A stretch of DNA of 64,000 nucleotides from Deltaproteobacteria bacterium (GTDB lineage Bacteria; CG2-30-53-67), in assembly GCA_013151235.1 (NCBI GenBank), contig JAADIO010000005.1, positions 62,001 to 126,000 of the forward strand, given 5' to 3'. Below the pieces are notes generated by a model. That model ran no database searches and was not told where the DNA came from. It worked only from the letters and a program-made list of their open reading frames with translations. This document shows positions 1-10,710 of the stretch, piece after piece. Position numbers and translations under genes: made by a program. Each line of letters opens with the position of its first letter. The first letter of the stretch is position 1.

Positions 1-40
1 CCGCTCGCATGCCTATGTCCGCGACTACCGGGGGGCCCAA

Positions 41-2422
41 GTGATTCAGCATTTTCTTCCCTTTCCCCGCTTCGGATGGACCCTGGTGGCGGAGATGGAA
101 ACCGCCGAGGCCTTCCGGGAAATTAATGTCCAACTACATCGGACCCTTCTCATCGGCTTGGGCCTTTTTTCCCTTCTGATCTTCGCCGCTTTACTTATTA
201 CCCGGAACCTGACCCGCCCGATTCACGCCCTCGTCGATGCGGCGCGGCGTGTGGGGGGAGGGGATCTGAATTTCCAGGTTGCAGACACTTCCGATGACGA
301 GCTGGCCGAGCTGGCCTATGAATTCAATCGGATGACGGATAACCTGAAAGCATCCAAGAAAAAGATGGAAGAATGGAATGCAAGCATCCAGGAGGAAGTT
401 CATCACCGAACGCAGGAACTGATTAAGTCGGAAATGAAGTTTCACAAGCTGATCGAAAAGGCTAACGACGCCATCTTCATCTTTAATGCCGAGACCCGTC
501 TGTGTACTCTGGCCAACCTCAAGGCGGAGACTCTGACGGGGTTCAGCCAGAAGGAACTCCGGGAAACAACCTACACGGACCTTTTTCTGGTCGAAGACCG
601 GGAACGGGTCGAGGACAACTACACGGAAGCGCTGAAAGAGGGGGCATCGAACCTTTACAAAATCCCGTTGCGCAGAAAAGATGAACGATATGTCTTTGTC
701 GACATCAGCAACAGTCTGTTCGATTTTCAGAACCAGAAATTCATCAACGCCATTTTCCATGATGTTACGGAACAGCGCAAGATCGACCGGGAGCGGGAGG
801 TCGTCTTCGAGATCTCCGACACCATCGCCAAGTCTTCCGACCTGTCGCAGATTCTCAGCGGAGCACTGGAAAACATCCTCTACAACCTGGAGTTGGGAAT
901 GGCGGCAATATTTCTTTACGAAGCGGAAACGGAAGAGCTTGTCCTTGCCCGTGCGGCAGGTTTTTCGGAAACTTTCCAAAAGGATTTTGCCCGTCTCTCT
1001 CTTCAGGCCCCGGACAGTATTGCCACCACGGCAGCCCGTGCCCGTTCAATCCAGATCATCGACCACCCTTACCGCGATGCTATGAGCCGATATGTCGGAT
1101 CCCGCACCAACCCGGACGATCTGCAATCCGACTTCTGTCTCCCCCTGATCGCAGAGGGAACCTTGACCGGCGTACTGGAGCTGGTAACCAACCGGAAGCG
1201 GGGATTTTCCGGTGAAGACCTGATCCTTCTGGAAGCCCTTGCCAATCAACTCGCCGCCGGGATCTTCCGCATCCGGCTCGAGGCAGGAAAACATCAGGAT
1301 GACCAGTTTCTGGCCGGGATTCTCACCGATTCCGTTGACGGAATCATCAGCATGGACGCCGAAGATCGAATTACCACCTGGAACAGCGGCGCCGAAAAGA
1401 TCTTCCATTTCAGCAAAGAGGAAGTCCTGGGAACCCCCTTCCCCGCCCTGTTCCGGGAGGCGGGTCAGGTCTATCCGGACCCGGTCCGCCAGGAACTCCG
1501 GGAGAAGGGATTTATCCGGGATTACGAGATTAACAATATCACCCGTGAGGGACGGGAGGTTACCCTCCATATTTCCTTGACGGCGATCCGGGATCAGCGC
1601 CGGCAGATGATCGGGAGTTCCGCCGTCATTCGGGATATCACCGAACAGAAACAGATCCAGGAACAGATTCAGCGTTCCGAAAAACTGTCCAGCATCGGCC
1701 AGCTTGCCGCCGGCATTGCTCATGAGATCGGCACTCCTCTGAACATTATCTCCGGCAATGCAGAATACCTGATGATGGACATGGACCCGGACAATCCCCT
1801 CACGGAAGAACTTTCGATCATTCTTCAGCAAACCGACCGGATCACGCAACTGATTCAACAGTTGATGGATTTTGCCCGAGACAATCGGCCCCGTTTCGAA
1901 CCGACCGATATTAATGCCCTGGTTCTCCAGACCCTGAACCTGACCCGGCATCAGATGGAAAAAAATGCCATCATCCTGCTGGAAGATCTGGACGAAGAAG
2001 TTCCGCCGACCGTGGCCGATGCCCATCAGCTTCAGCAGGTCCTTCTGAACATCATCATCAACGCACTGCATGCCATGCCGGAGGGAGGAACGCTGCAAAT
2101 CCGGACGGCCCGGGATGAGGAACGGCAACAGGTGATCATCCGCATTCGTGATAACGGCTGCGGAATTCATCCCCAGGATTTGAAGAATATTTTTAACCCC
2201 TTCTTTACGACAAAAGAGGTCGGCCAGGGGACCGGTCTGGGACTGGCCGTCTGTCACCGAATCATGGAAAACCATCAGGGGCGGATCGAAGTGGAGAGCC
2301 GGCTCGGCGAAGGTTCGTGTTTTTCACTGCTCCTGCCTTTTCGGAGGACCGGGGAGGAAAACCCGGCCCGCGATGGAGCAATTGCTTCCCGGAAGAACCA
2401 AAAGAAATGGAGTCCGAAATGA
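41..2422 (+). CDS. Sensor histidine kinase (HAMP-PAS-GAF-PAS-HisKA-HATPase), probably 5'-truncated by the window edge
   Basis: TM then HAMP (LTRPIHALVDAARRVGGGDL); H-box AHEIGTPL; N/G boxes NIIINALHAM, DNGCGI, GTGLGL; stop overlaps the next ATG (ATGA). Confidence 0.93.
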   Translation: MIQHFLPFPRFGWTLVAEMETAEAFREINVQLHRTLLIGLGLFSLLIFAALLITRNLTRPIHALVDAARRVGGGDLNFQVADTSDDELAELAYEFNRMTDNLKASKKKMEEWNASIQEEVHHRTQELIKSEMKFHKLIEKANDAIFIFNAETRLCTLANLKAETLTGFSQKELRETTYTDLFLVEDRERVEDNYTEALKEGASNLYKIPLRRKDERYVFVDISNSLFDFQNQKFINAIFHDVTEQRKIDREREVVFEISDTIAKSSDLSQILSGALENILYNLELGMAAIFLYEAETEELVLARAAGFSETFQKDFARLSLQAPDSIATTAARARSIQIIDHPYRDAMSRYVGSRTNPDDLQSDFCLPLIAEGTLTGVLELVTNRKRGFSGEDLILLEALANQLAAGIFRIRLEAGKHQDDQFLAGILTDSVDGIISMDAEDRITTWNSGAEKIFHFSKEEVLGTPFPALFREAGQVYPDPVRQELREKGFIRDYEINNITREGREVTLHISLTAIRDQRRQMIGSSAVIRDITEQKQIQEQIQRSEKLSSIGQLAAGIAHEIGTPLNIISGNAEYLMMDMDPDNPLTEELSIILQQTDRITQLIQQLMDFARDNRPRFEPTDINALVLQTLNLTRHQMEKNAIILLEDLDEEVPPTVADAHQLQQVLLNIIINALHAMPEGGTLQIRTARDEERQQVIIRIRDNGCGIHPQDLKNIFNPFFTTKEVGQGTGLGLAVCHRIMENHQGRIEVESRLGEGSCFSLLLPFRRTGEENPARDGAIASRKNQKKWSPK

Positions 2423-3768
2423 ATCCGTCGATATCAGTCCTGATTGTCGAAGACGAGGACAGGATGCGTGAACTGCTGCACAAAATCATCGCACGGGAAG
2501 GTTACGAGGTTGAAGAGGCGGCGAACGGCAGTACAGCCCTTGCCCGGATCGAGGATCATGTGTATGACATCGTTCTCACAGACATCAAGATGCCCGGCCT
2601 CAACGGCATCGAACTACTGAAAGAAATCAAGAAAATCTCTCCCCGGACCTACGTCATCATCATGACGGCTTTCGGAACAATCAATTCCGCCGTGGAGGCC
2701 ATGAAGCAGGGAGCCTACGATTACATTTCGAAGCCTTTTAAACTGGACGAGATCCAGATCCTGATCCGGAAGATTATCGAAGAAAGGGCCCTGCGCCAGG
2801 AGGTGGATCATCTTCGCAAGGAGGTCCGCCGACGTTACCAATTCAACAACATCATCGGAAAGAGCAAAAAGATGCAGGAACTCTTCGACCTGATCGAGAA
2901 GATCGCCCGTGGAAAAAGTACCATACTCATCCATGGAAAAAGCGGAACGGGAAAAGAGTTGGTAGCCAAGGCGATTCACTACAACAGCCCCCGGAAGAAC
3001 AAACCCTTTGTTCCCGTCAACTGCAGTGCCATTCCGGAAACCCTTCTGGAAAGTGAACTCTTCGGCCACATCAAAGGGGCCTTCACGGGCGCCGTGGCCA
3101 GTCATGCAGGACTTTTTGAGGAGGCGGACGGGGGAACCCTCTTTTTGGACGAGGTCGGAGAACTCTCCACGGCCATCCAGGTAAAATTGCTGCGGGTACT
3201 CCAGGAACGGGAGATCAAACCGGTAGGCGGAACGGAAAATCGGAAGATTGATCTCCGGCTGATCACGGCAACCAACCAGGATCTCCACCGGATGGTGGAG
3301 GAAGGGACCTTCCGTGAAGACCTCTATTACCGGCTGAACGTGATCCCGATCTACCTCCCGCCGCTCAAAATCCGGACGGAGGACATTCCCCTGCTGGTCC
3401 GCCACTTTCTCGCTCACTTCGGTGAAGAAAATCAGCGGCCGGACATTACAATCTCGCGGGAGGCACTCCAAATCCTGATGAATTACTCCTGGCCGGGCAA
3501 TGTCCGAGAACTTGAGAACATCCTGGAACGGGCGGTCATCCTCTGTAGGGGCATTGAGATTACCGCCGACGATCTCCCCCCCCATCTCATTAAGGAAAGT
3601 ACGGAAAAACGCCGGAACACCGACTTGCTTCATCTTCCCCTGCGGGAGGTCGAGATGGCACATATCAAGCGGGTTCTTGAAAGCGTGGGCGGACACAAGT
3701 TAAAGGCAGCCGAAATCCTCCAGATCGACCGTCGGACGCTTTACCGAAAATTGCAGAACAGCGACTGA
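2419..3768 (+). CDS. Sigma-54-dependent response regulator (NtrC/AtoC family)
   Basis: REC (DIKMP), Walker A GKSGTGKE, intact GAFTGA, Walker B LFLDE, Fis-type HTH; start taken at the ATGA overlap with the kinase. Confidence 0.95.
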   Translation: MNPSISVLIVEDEDRMRELLHKIIAREGYEVEEAANGSTALARIEDHVYDIVLTDIKMPGLNGIELLKEIKKISPRTYVIIMTAFGTINSAVEAMKQGAYDYISKPFKLDEIQILIRKIIEERALRQEVDHLRKEVRRRYQFNNIIGKSKKMQELFDLIEKIARGKSTILIHGKSGTGKELVAKAIHYNSPRKNKPFVPVNCSAIPETLLESELFGHIKGAFTGAVASHAGLFEEADGGTLFLDEVGELSTAIQVKLLRVLQEREIKPVGGTENRKIDLRLITATNQDLHRMVEEGTFREDLYYRLNVIPIYLPPLKIRTEDIPLLVRHFLAHFGEENQRPDITISREALQILMNYSWPGNVRELENILERAVILCRGIEITADDLPPHLIKESTEKRRNTDLLHLPLREVEMAHIKRVLESVGGHKLKAAEILQIDRRTLYRKLQNSD

Positions 3769-3848
3769 AAAAACATTTACTTTCCGGCAACAATCCGATA
3801 AAATATAATTTTCTTCCCAACAGTCAACCCGACAAAGGAGAATCCCTC

Positions 3849-4316
3849 ATGAAAGCCCATAAAATCATGAACCCGGCTCCGATCACGATCCAGGTGGATG
3901 CACCGCTTCATGAACTGATCAAGCTTTTCAATGCCCGCAAAATTGATGCTGCCTGCGTAATCGACAGAGAGAAACGGCTTGTCGGCATTGTCACGATCTA
4001 CGAACTCTTTCAGGCCTACCTCCCGGATTACGTCATGATGAAAGAGGAACTTGCTCATCTGATGCCGGAAGGATACTTTGAAGGGGTCTGCAAAAAGATC
4101 AAGGACCACCCGGTCAGTGCAATCATGCGAACGGACTTCATCACCGTTGATGAGGACGACAGCCTCATCAGCGTCCTTGCCGATCTTGTCAAATACCGGT
4201 TACAGGTCACCCCGGTCACCCGGAATGGAATCCTGATCGGGACAATTCACAGGAAGGGCCTTCTGAGCTACACGAGCAGAATCTGCCTGGCGGATACTCC
4301 CACATCCAACGACTAA
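3849..4316 (+). CDS. CBS domain pair protein
   Basis: Two CBS-like repeats (IMNPAPITI...LVGIVT; IMRTDFITV...LIGTI); AAGGAG RBS. Confidence 0.85.
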   Translation: MKAHKIMNPAPITIQVDAPLHELIKLFNARKIDAACVIDREKRLVGIVTIYELFQAYLPDYVMMKEELAHLMPEGYFEGVCKKIKDHPVSAIMRTDFITVDEDDSLISVLADLVKYRLQVTPVTRNGILIGTIHRKGLLSYTSRICLADTPTSND

Positions 4317-4344
4317 ACCAACACCGAAGGAGGAACTTGCCATC

Positions 4345-5694
4345 ATGGATCCGTTCTGGACTGGAACTCTGATTTTTATCCTGGCTTATGCCGTGATCGT
4401 TTCCGAAAAAATTCACAAGACCAAGGTTGCTCTGATCGGTGCAACCCTCATGCTTGTTCTGAAGATTCTGACACAGAGCGAGGCCTTCCACAGCGAAGAA
4501 TTCGGAATCGACTACAACGTCATCTTTCTTCTCATCGGGATGATGATTATCATCGGGATCATGAAGAAGACCGGTGCCTTTGAATACGTGGCCATAAAAT
4601 CGGCCAAGTTAGGCCGCGGGGAACCTTTCCGGATACTGACGATCTTCGCCATCATAACTGCAATCGCATCGGCGCTGCTCGACAACGTTACAACCGTCCT
4701 GCTTCTGGCGCCGGTCACCCTGCTGATCGCCGACGAACTGGATATCGATCCGATCCCGTTTCTCATCTCCGAAGCACTGGCCTCCAACATCGGAGGGACC
4801 GCCACCCTGATCGGAGACCCTCCCAACATCATGATTGCCAGCAAGGCCCGGCTCACTTTCATGGACTTCATCATTCACCTGACGCCGGTCATCATCATTA
4901 TTATGATCGTCTTTCTTTTTACGTTGAAACTGATCTTTAAAAAGAAGCTCCGGACCAGTGAGAAGCTGAAAGAGCGGATCATGAACATGAACGAGAGGGA
5001 AATGATCAAGGACGCCCCCCTGCTGAAGAAATGTCTGGTCGTCCTTTCCCTGACCGTTCTAGGTTTCGTACTCCACGGGACCCTGCATCTCGAACCGGCC
5101 ACCATCGCCCTGACCGGTGCTGCCGTCCTCTTCCTGATCTCGGGAGAGGACCCTCACACGGTTTTCATGGAGGTGGAGTGGCCGACGATCTTCTTCTTCA
5201 TAGGACTTTTCATCATTGTGGGAGGTGTGGTCAAAGTAGGACTCATCGACAAACTAAGTCAGTTTATGATCGAAATCACGCACCCGACCAAGACAAGTAT
5301 GTTCAACACCTCCATGGTCATGCTCTGGTTCTCGGCCTTTACCTCGGCCATCGTTGACAACATCCCTTTTGTAGCGACCATGAACCCTCTCATCCTCGAT
5401 ATGGCGAACACCATTTACCATGGCGGTAGTGCCGTCGCCCACGCCTTGCCGCCGGAGACAATCCATAATTCCGTACTCATGCCGGTCTGGTGGTCCCTTG
5501 CCCTCGGAGCCTGCCTGGGCGGGAACGGCACCGCCATCGGTGCCTCGGCAAACGTGATCATTGTCGGCATGGCGGAAAAATCAAAACGGCCGATCTCTTT
5601 CCTGAGATTTATGGCCTACGGATTCCCGATCATGGTGGAAACCCTCATTATCGCCATGATCTATGTTTGGGTACGGTATTACCTGCTGGCTTAG
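4345..5694 (+). CDS. ArsB/NhaD/SLC13-family ion transporter
   Basis: Polytopic membrane protein with motifs DNVTTVLL, SNIGGTATLIGDPPN, GACLGGNGTAIGASAN. Confidence 0.9.
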   Translation: MDPFWTGTLIFILAYAVIVSEKIHKTKVALIGATLMLVLKILTQSEAFHSEEFGIDYNVIFLLIGMMIIIGIMKKTGAFEYVAIKSAKLGRGEPFRILTIFAIITAIASALLDNVTTVLLLAPVTLLIADELDIDPIPFLISEALASNIGGTATLIGDPPNIMIASKARLTFMDFIIHLTPVIIIIMIVFLFTLKLIFKKKLRTSEKLKERIMNMNEREMIKDAPLLKKCLVVLSLTVLGFVLHGTLHLEPATIALTGAAVLFLISGEDPHTVFMEVEWPTIFFFIGLFIIVGGVVKVGLIDKLSQFMIEITHPTKTSMFNTSMVMLWFSAFTSAIVDNIPFVATMNPLILDMANTIYHGGSAVAHALPPETIHNSVLMPVWWSLALGACLGGNGTAIGASANVIIVGMAEKSKRPISFLRFMAYGFPIMVETLIIAMIYVWVRYYLLA

Positions 5695-5860
5695 TTATTT
5701 ATACAGGAGGGGCAGAATTTAAGACAGGGCGCTACAACTCTTCCGGATTGGCAAAGTCGTTTCCCGAGAAGAAAGGAGTCGGAAAGAAGAACTTGCTTAT
5801 AATGGATAAAAAGGGAGGGGGGGGAATCCGGAACAGAAGGCGAACCATTCCGGGTGAACA

Positions 5861-6337
5861 CTACTTCAATGCCGTATCAAGGATCTTCTCCGCCTGTTGT
5901 TCGGAGATCCCCTTGGCCTTTGAAATTTCCGAGCTGATCAGGTGCCGGGTATCACAGAGCATCTTCTTCTCCCCGAAAGAGAGTTCCTTGTTTTTTGAAA
6001 GCAGGCTGAGATTTCGAAAAACAATGGCAATCTCATAGATGGAGCCGGTCTTGATCTTTTCCATGCTCTCACGATAGCGCTTGTTCCAGTTCGGAAGAAT
6101 ACTCTTCGGCTTCTCCTTCAGTACCTTGACGACCTCTTTTACTTCGTTCGGCTGAATTACCTCCCGGATTCCGACTTTGTCAACATTCCCACAGGGGATC
6201 ATGATCCGGGTGCCCTTCTCCATAATCTTGAGGACATAAAACTTCTGTTTGGTCCCCATTACATCTTTTTCTTCGATCGCTTCAATCACACCCAGACCAT
6301 GCGAAGGATAAACAACGGTTTTTCCAATCTTATACAT
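5861..6337 (-). CDS. carD: CarD/CdnL family RNA polymerase-binding regulator
   Basis: VVYPSHGLGVI and NWNKRYR motifs; AGGAG RBS. Confidence 0.92.
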   Translation of the reverse strand: MYKIGKTVVYPSHGLGVIEAIEEKDVMGTKQKFYVLKIMEKGTRIMIPCGNVDKVGIREVIQPNEVKEVVKVLKEKPKSILPNWNKRYRESMEKIKTGSIYEIAIVFRNLSLLSKNKELSFGEKKMLCDTRHLISSEISKAKGISEQQAEKILDTALK

Positions 6338-6384
6338 CAAGATCTCCTTAGGCAGATTCATTCAGTCGACCTGGAAAGGTCTAT

Positions 6385-6413
6385 AAAATACATAAAATTA
6401 GAACCAATGTCAA
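6385..6413 (-). promoter_or_regulatory. Sigma-70-type promoter for carD
   Basis: TTGACA-17 nt-TATTTT on the minus strand. Confidence 0.5.
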
Positions 6414-6450
6414 TAAAAATCTATCAAAATCGCAAAAGACCTGAATACAC

Positions 6451-6479
6451 TTGACAAAAACAGAATGTTTGATTAGCAT
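6451..6479 (+). promoter_or_regulatory. Sigma-70-type promoter for fba
   Basis: TTGACA-17 nt-TAGCAT. Confidence 0.55.
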
Positions 6480-6549
6480 CCGGAAAGATTCTTTCCCTGT
6501 AACATACTGATAATCCGAACAATTTCACCAGGAAGGAAAGGAGATCCGC

Positions 6550-7626
6550 ATGTCCAGGAGCCTATACGATTTCATCCCCGAAAATGCCCGAAAAAACCTC
6601 GGGTCGAACAGTAAGGTCTGTATCCTCAGTTCAAAGGATGTCTTCGATATCCTGAAACCGGAGAAGGTCATCGTCATGGCCTGCAACACCCGGATCCGGC
6701 ATGTCATCCCGGGAATCATGCGGGCAGCTCAGGAACTGGATGCCGTCGTCGCCTATGAACTGGCCAAATCCGAAGGGAACCTCAAAGGAGGCTACACCGG
6801 CATGACACCGGAGACTTTCTTCGAGACAGTCGTCGGTTATGCCGAGGAAATGAACTTCACCACCCCCTTCTTCCTGCATGGCGACCACGTCACCACCAAG
6901 AGCCCCGACCCTGAGGTCGTGGGAGATTCCCGGGAGTTGATAGAGGCGGAACTTGCCGCAGGATACACCTCCATCGCCATTGACGCATCTTTCAATGAAA
7001 ACCCGGACAACGTGAAGATCTCCACGGAACTGGGGAAAATCGTCCGTGAGGCGGGAGCGGGCCTCGAGGCCGAAGTGGGAGAGGTCTTGGGCACCGGTGT
7101 GGATGCACGGATCACTTCCGTGGAAGATGCCGTTGAATTCATTGAGGGAATGAATGCAAACGGGATCGTCCCCGATCTGCTGGCCATCAACAACGGTTCC
7201 AAACACGGCAACTACAAGCCGGGAGAAGATGTCCATATCGACCTGCAGAGAACCCAGGAGATCTACGACGCCGTCCGGAAATGGAACGTGGCCATTGCCC
7301 AGCACGGCATCACCGGAACTCCGGTCCATCTTTTAGGCCGGTTCGCCGATCACGGCATCCGGAAGGGTAACGTCGGGACCTTCTGGCAGAACGTCGCGCA
7401 CGAAGGATTGCCGCCGGAGTTGATGCAGCAGATGCGGGAGTGGGCGGAGAAAGAAAAAACCGACATCAAAAAAGCCACGGTCGTCTTCAAGAAGGAGATC
7501 GACAGTATCCCCGAGGAATACCGTATCAGGATCGCAGACCAAGCTTATGAAAACGCCAAGGAGTTCATCACGAACTTCCGGGCCGAAGGCACGGCATCAA
7601 AAGTCATCAACGGGCTTACCGGCTGA
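6550..7626 (+). CDS. fba: Class II fructose-bisphosphate aldolase
   Basis: FLHGDH, AIDAS, LEAEVGEV, NGSKHG, AQHGITG, KGNVGT motifs. Confidence 0.88.
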   Translation: MSRSLYDFIPENARKNLGSNSKVCILSSKDVFDILKPEKVIVMACNTRIRHVIPGIMRAAQELDAVVAYELAKSEGNLKGGYTGMTPETFFETVVGYAEEMNFTTPFFLHGDHVTTKSPDPEVVGDSRELIEAELAAGYTSIAIDASFNENPDNVKISTELGKIVREAGAGLEAEVGEVLGTGVDARITSVEDAVEFIEGMNANGIVPDLLAINNGSKHGNYKPGEDVHIDLQRTQEIYDAVRKWNVAIAQHGITGTPVHLLGRFADHGIRKGNVGTFWQNVAHEGLPPELMQQMREWAEKEKTDIKKATVVFKKEIDSIPEEYRIRIADQAYENAKEFITNFRAEGTASKVINGLTG

Positions 7627-7634
7627 TCCTCATT

Positions 7635-9065
7635 TCAACGAACGGCCTGCCGCCCGGCGTCATCGTCTCGATGGACCGGGCGTTTTTTTTCATTCCCCGA
7701 AGACGACACCCAAAGGAGTCCGATCCCGCACGCCGCCGAGAGGAGCGACCCGGCAAAGATCCCGAACTTGGCGTAGGCGATCATGGCCGGGGTAAAAAAG
7801 GAGAGCATCGCGATGAAAAGGGACATGGTAAAACCGATCCCGCCCAGGAAACCGACCCCGGCCACATGACTCCATCGGACCCGCTCCGGCAACTCCGCCA
7901 GCCCTGACTTGACCGCCAGAAAAGAAAAAAGGGTAATCCCCAGGGGCTTTCCAAGAGTCAGCCCCGCTGCAATCCCGAGGGAAAGGGGGGCACGGAAGGC
8001 CCCGCCGAGATCGGTCCCGGCGAGGCTCAGGCCGCTGTTGACAAGGGCAAAGAGAGGGACAATGACGAATGCAACCCAGGGGGTCAGCCCATGCTCCATA
8101 CGCTGCAGGGGACTTTCCACATGGCGGCAGGCCAGTTCGATCGACTGTACCCGGTTCTGGTGCTCCTCGTTTTCAAGAATGGAAAAGCCGCACCTGCCGG
8201 AAGGACAGTCGAAACCCTCCATAAGGTAACCGACCTCCCGGACAAATTTGTCGGTACCATACGTCCCCCGGGCGGGGATGGAAAGGGCAATGATGATTCC
8301 GGCCAAAGTAGCGTGGATACCGGAACCGAGAAGAGCCAGCCAGAGACAAAACCCCAGGACCCCGTAGGGGAGCAGTCGACGCACCCCTAAACGGTTGAGT
8401 GCAACAAGAGCGGCGGTAAAGAGAAACACGAGGAGAAGAGCGGAGAAAACGATCTTTTCCGTATAAAAGAGGGCAATAACAATCACGGCACCGATATCAT
8501 CGGCAATGGCAAAGGCGGAAAGGAAGATCCTGAGCGTGGAAGGGACCCGTCTCCCCAGGACCGCGATAGCGCCGAGGGCGAAGGCGATGTCCGTGGCCAT
8601 CGGAATGCCCCACCCCTTGGCCGTGGCTGTTCCATAGTTGAAGGCAAGGAAGGTCAGAGCGGGAACGATCATCCCTCCGGCGGCCGCAGCGACGGGAAGA
8701 ACCGCCCGGCGGAAGGAGGCAAGCTCTCCCATCAGCATCTCCCGCTTGATCTCAAGCCCCACGATCAGGAAGAAGAGAACCATCAGGCCGTCGTTGATCC
8801 AGTGAAGCAGAGAGCGGGAGATCCCGAAGGGCCCCAAGGTGAGGCTCACCTCCGTATGGAGGAGATCCCGGTAGATCGCGGCAAAGGGTGAATTGGACCA
8901 GGCAAAAGCGAGCAGCGCCGCGCTGATCAGGAGGATGCTGCCGGCGGCCTCCTTCCGGAAAAATTGCTGGAAGGGCCGGATCAGGGGACCGGCAAAATCC
9001 CCCGGCGCAAGTAACACCTCTGCAACCTTCTCAAAACGGCCGGGACGCCCCCCCCTTTTTTGCAT
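7635..9065 (-). CDS. nhaA: Na+/H+ antiporter NhaA
   Basis: HWINDGLM, GLEIKRE, GWGIPMATDIAF, ADDIGA, GIGFTMSLFI motifs. Confidence 0.95.
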   Translation of the reverse strand: MQKRGGRPGRFEKVAEVLLAPGDFAGPLIRPFQQFFRKEAAGSILLISAALLAFAWSNSPFAAIYRDLLHTEVSLTLGPFGISRSLLHWINDGLMVLFFLIVGLEIKREMLMGELASFRRAVLPVAAAAGGMIVPALTFLAFNYGTATAKGWGIPMATDIAFALGAIAVLGRRVPSTLRIFLSAFAIADDIGAVIVIALFYTEKIVFSALLLVFLFTAALVALNRLGVRRLLPYGVLGFCLWLALLGSGIHATLAGIIIALSIPARGTYGTDKFVREVGYLMEGFDCPSGRCGFSILENEEHQNRVQSIELACRHVESPLQRMEHGLTPWVAFVIVPLFALVNSGLSLAGTDLGGAFRAPLSLGIAAGLTLGKPLGITLFSFLAVKSGLAELPERVRWSHVAGVGFLGGIGFTMSLFIAMLSFFTPAMIAYAKFGIFAGSLLSAACGIGLLWVSSSGNEKKRPVHRDDDAGRQAVR

Positions 9066-9252
9066 ATTCAGCCCCCTTCTCTTCCATCTCAAGAACAAGT
9101 CTCGGAATTTGTTTCAATATAACGTACAGGGCAAGGTTGCGCAACGGATACTAAAATTCTCGGATGATCCTTCCCCGGAATCGGCCAGATTCCGGGGATC
9201 TCACCATAAGACAAACCCATTTCCGAGGCTTACCCGTCCTTTTTCCCAATCC

Positions 9253-9285
9253 GTAGACAATCTGTAGGCTCACATGGGTTATTTT
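9253..9285 (+). promoter_or_regulatory. Candidate SARP/BTAD-type direct-repeat operator plus -10 box
   Basis: GTAGAC (9253) and GTAGGC (9264), 11-bp period, 10 nt upstream of TATTTT (9280). Confidence 0.35.
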
Positions 9286-9413
9286 AAGAGGAATCATGTA
9301 CGGAACCGGACACCCCCGGGGGGGCAAACGGCATCTTCAATCTGTATATCCGGCGGACCGCCCGGGAATCGTCCTGATGCTCACATTTAACATTATTTAA
9401 TAGGAGGAAGGTA

Positions 9414-10628
9414 ATGAAAAAAGGCAGGAAAAGGATGGCGGCGGCAGGAATGGCATTGCTGGTGACCTTCATGATCGGAGGCTGCCGAGTATGGGGAAGG
9501 AGTCACCATGATCATCACACCTACACCGTGGGCGGTACTGTAACCGGATTGGGTACGCCGGATACGGTGGTGCTCCAAGACAACAGCGGGGACGACCTCA
9601 GCGTCACGACGGACGGTACTTTCATCTTTGGTACGTCCATAGCGAATGGCAGCAGGTATGAGGTAACGGTCAAGACCCAGCCGACCGGTCAGACCTGCAC
9701 GGTTGCGAGCGGAAGCGGCACGGTCTCTGCGAAGAAGGTAACGGACGTGGCGGTAACCTGTGTGAACAATACCTACACTGTAGGCGGAACAGTGAGCGGG
9801 CTCTCCGGAACGGTGGTGCTGCAGGACAACGGCGGGGACGATCTCAGCGTCACGGCGAATAGCACCTTCACCTTTACCACCTCCGTCGCGCATGGAAACA
9901 CTTACGCGGTCACCGTCTCGGCCCAACCGAGCGGTCAGCTCTGCACCGTTGCAAGCGGAAGCGGCACGATGGGATCGGCCAATGTGACGGGCGTGGCCGT
10001 CACCTGTTCTTCCACCATTGCCGTCAGTGGAACGGTGGAAGATTCCGACAGCGGCAATCTCATTGCAAACGTCACGATCGCTGCAAGGGATGCTTCAGAC
10101 AACACCATGGCCACGGCTACCACGGACAGCTCCGGTGCCTTCTCCCTCAGCGTCCCGTCCGGGCAGGACTTCTACCTCCATGCCGACGGTGTATCGATCG
10201 GCAATACGACCTATGTCCCCGACAACAAGCAGATCGACAACCGCACATCGGACCTGACAGGGGTCAAGCTCTACCTGACGGACAGCATCATGGTCGCGAC
10301 CGTCGCCGGATTGATCGGCGCGGACTCAAATGCCGACGCGTTCTTCAACTGGGACGTGGAGGATACAAACGGCGCCATCGACGGCGTCACCGCCACCGCA
10401 TCCTCGCCGGAGGCTGTGATCCTCTACACGCAGACGGACGGTACCTATACCCAGACCGGACCGACCACGACCGGCGGCGGCGTAATCGGCTATCTCCCCA
10501 ATCCGGGGGAGAACAGTACCGTTACGTTCACCCAAACCCCGGATAAGGCAACCGCCGGTTACTCGGTCGATACGACCTTCAAACTACGGCTTATTCCGGG
10601 AGAGTTCAGTTCTCCTTACGAACCGTAG
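9414..10628 (+). CDS. Secreted/lipoprotein with two tandem Thr/Val/Gly-rich Ig-like repeats and a carboxypeptidase-regulatory-like beta domain
   Basis: Signal peptide with lipobox-like IGGC; repeat TYTVGGTV.GL..TVVLQDN.GDDLSVT...QP.GQ.CTVASGSGT...VAVTC occurs twice; AGGAGG RBS. Confidence 0.75.
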   Translation: MKKGRKRMAAAGMALLVTFMIGGCRVWGRSHHDHHTYTVGGTVTGLGTPDTVVLQDNSGDDLSVTTDGTFIFGTSIANGSRYEVTVKTQPTGQTCTVASGSGTVSAKKVTDVAVTCVNNTYTVGGTVSGLSGTVVLQDNGGDDLSVTANSTFTFTTSVAHGNTYAVTVSAQPSGQLCTVASGSGTMGSANVTGVAVTCSSTIAVSGTVEDSDSGNLIANVTIAARDASDNTMATATTDSSGAFSLSVPSGQDFYLHADGVSIGNTTYVPDNKQIDNRTSDLTGVKLYLTDSIMVATVAGLIGADSNADAFFNWDVEDTNGAIDGVTATASSPEAVILYTQTDGTYTQTGPTTTGGGVIGYLPNPGENSTVTFTQTPDKATAGYSVDTTFKLRLIPGEFSSPYEP

Positions 10629-10645
10629 AAAATGTATCAAACATC

Positions 10646-10684
10646 AACAGGGAGCCGGACCTTCTTTTTTGCCGGCTCCCTGTT
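10646..10684. terminator. Intrinsic terminator between convergent genes
   Basis: 13-bp inverted repeat AACAGGGAGCCGG/CCGGCTCCCTGTT. Confidence 0.7.
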
Positions 10685-10710
10685 ATGACAGCACGCAACC
10701 TGCCCATCTC

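Noticed and set aside
1046-2275. Long antisense ORFs (also 2614-3696, 11545-12501, 21208-22218, 53248-54237, 58023-59120 and others)
   Set aside because: They lie opposite well-supported genes and are typical shadow frames of GC-rich coding DNA.
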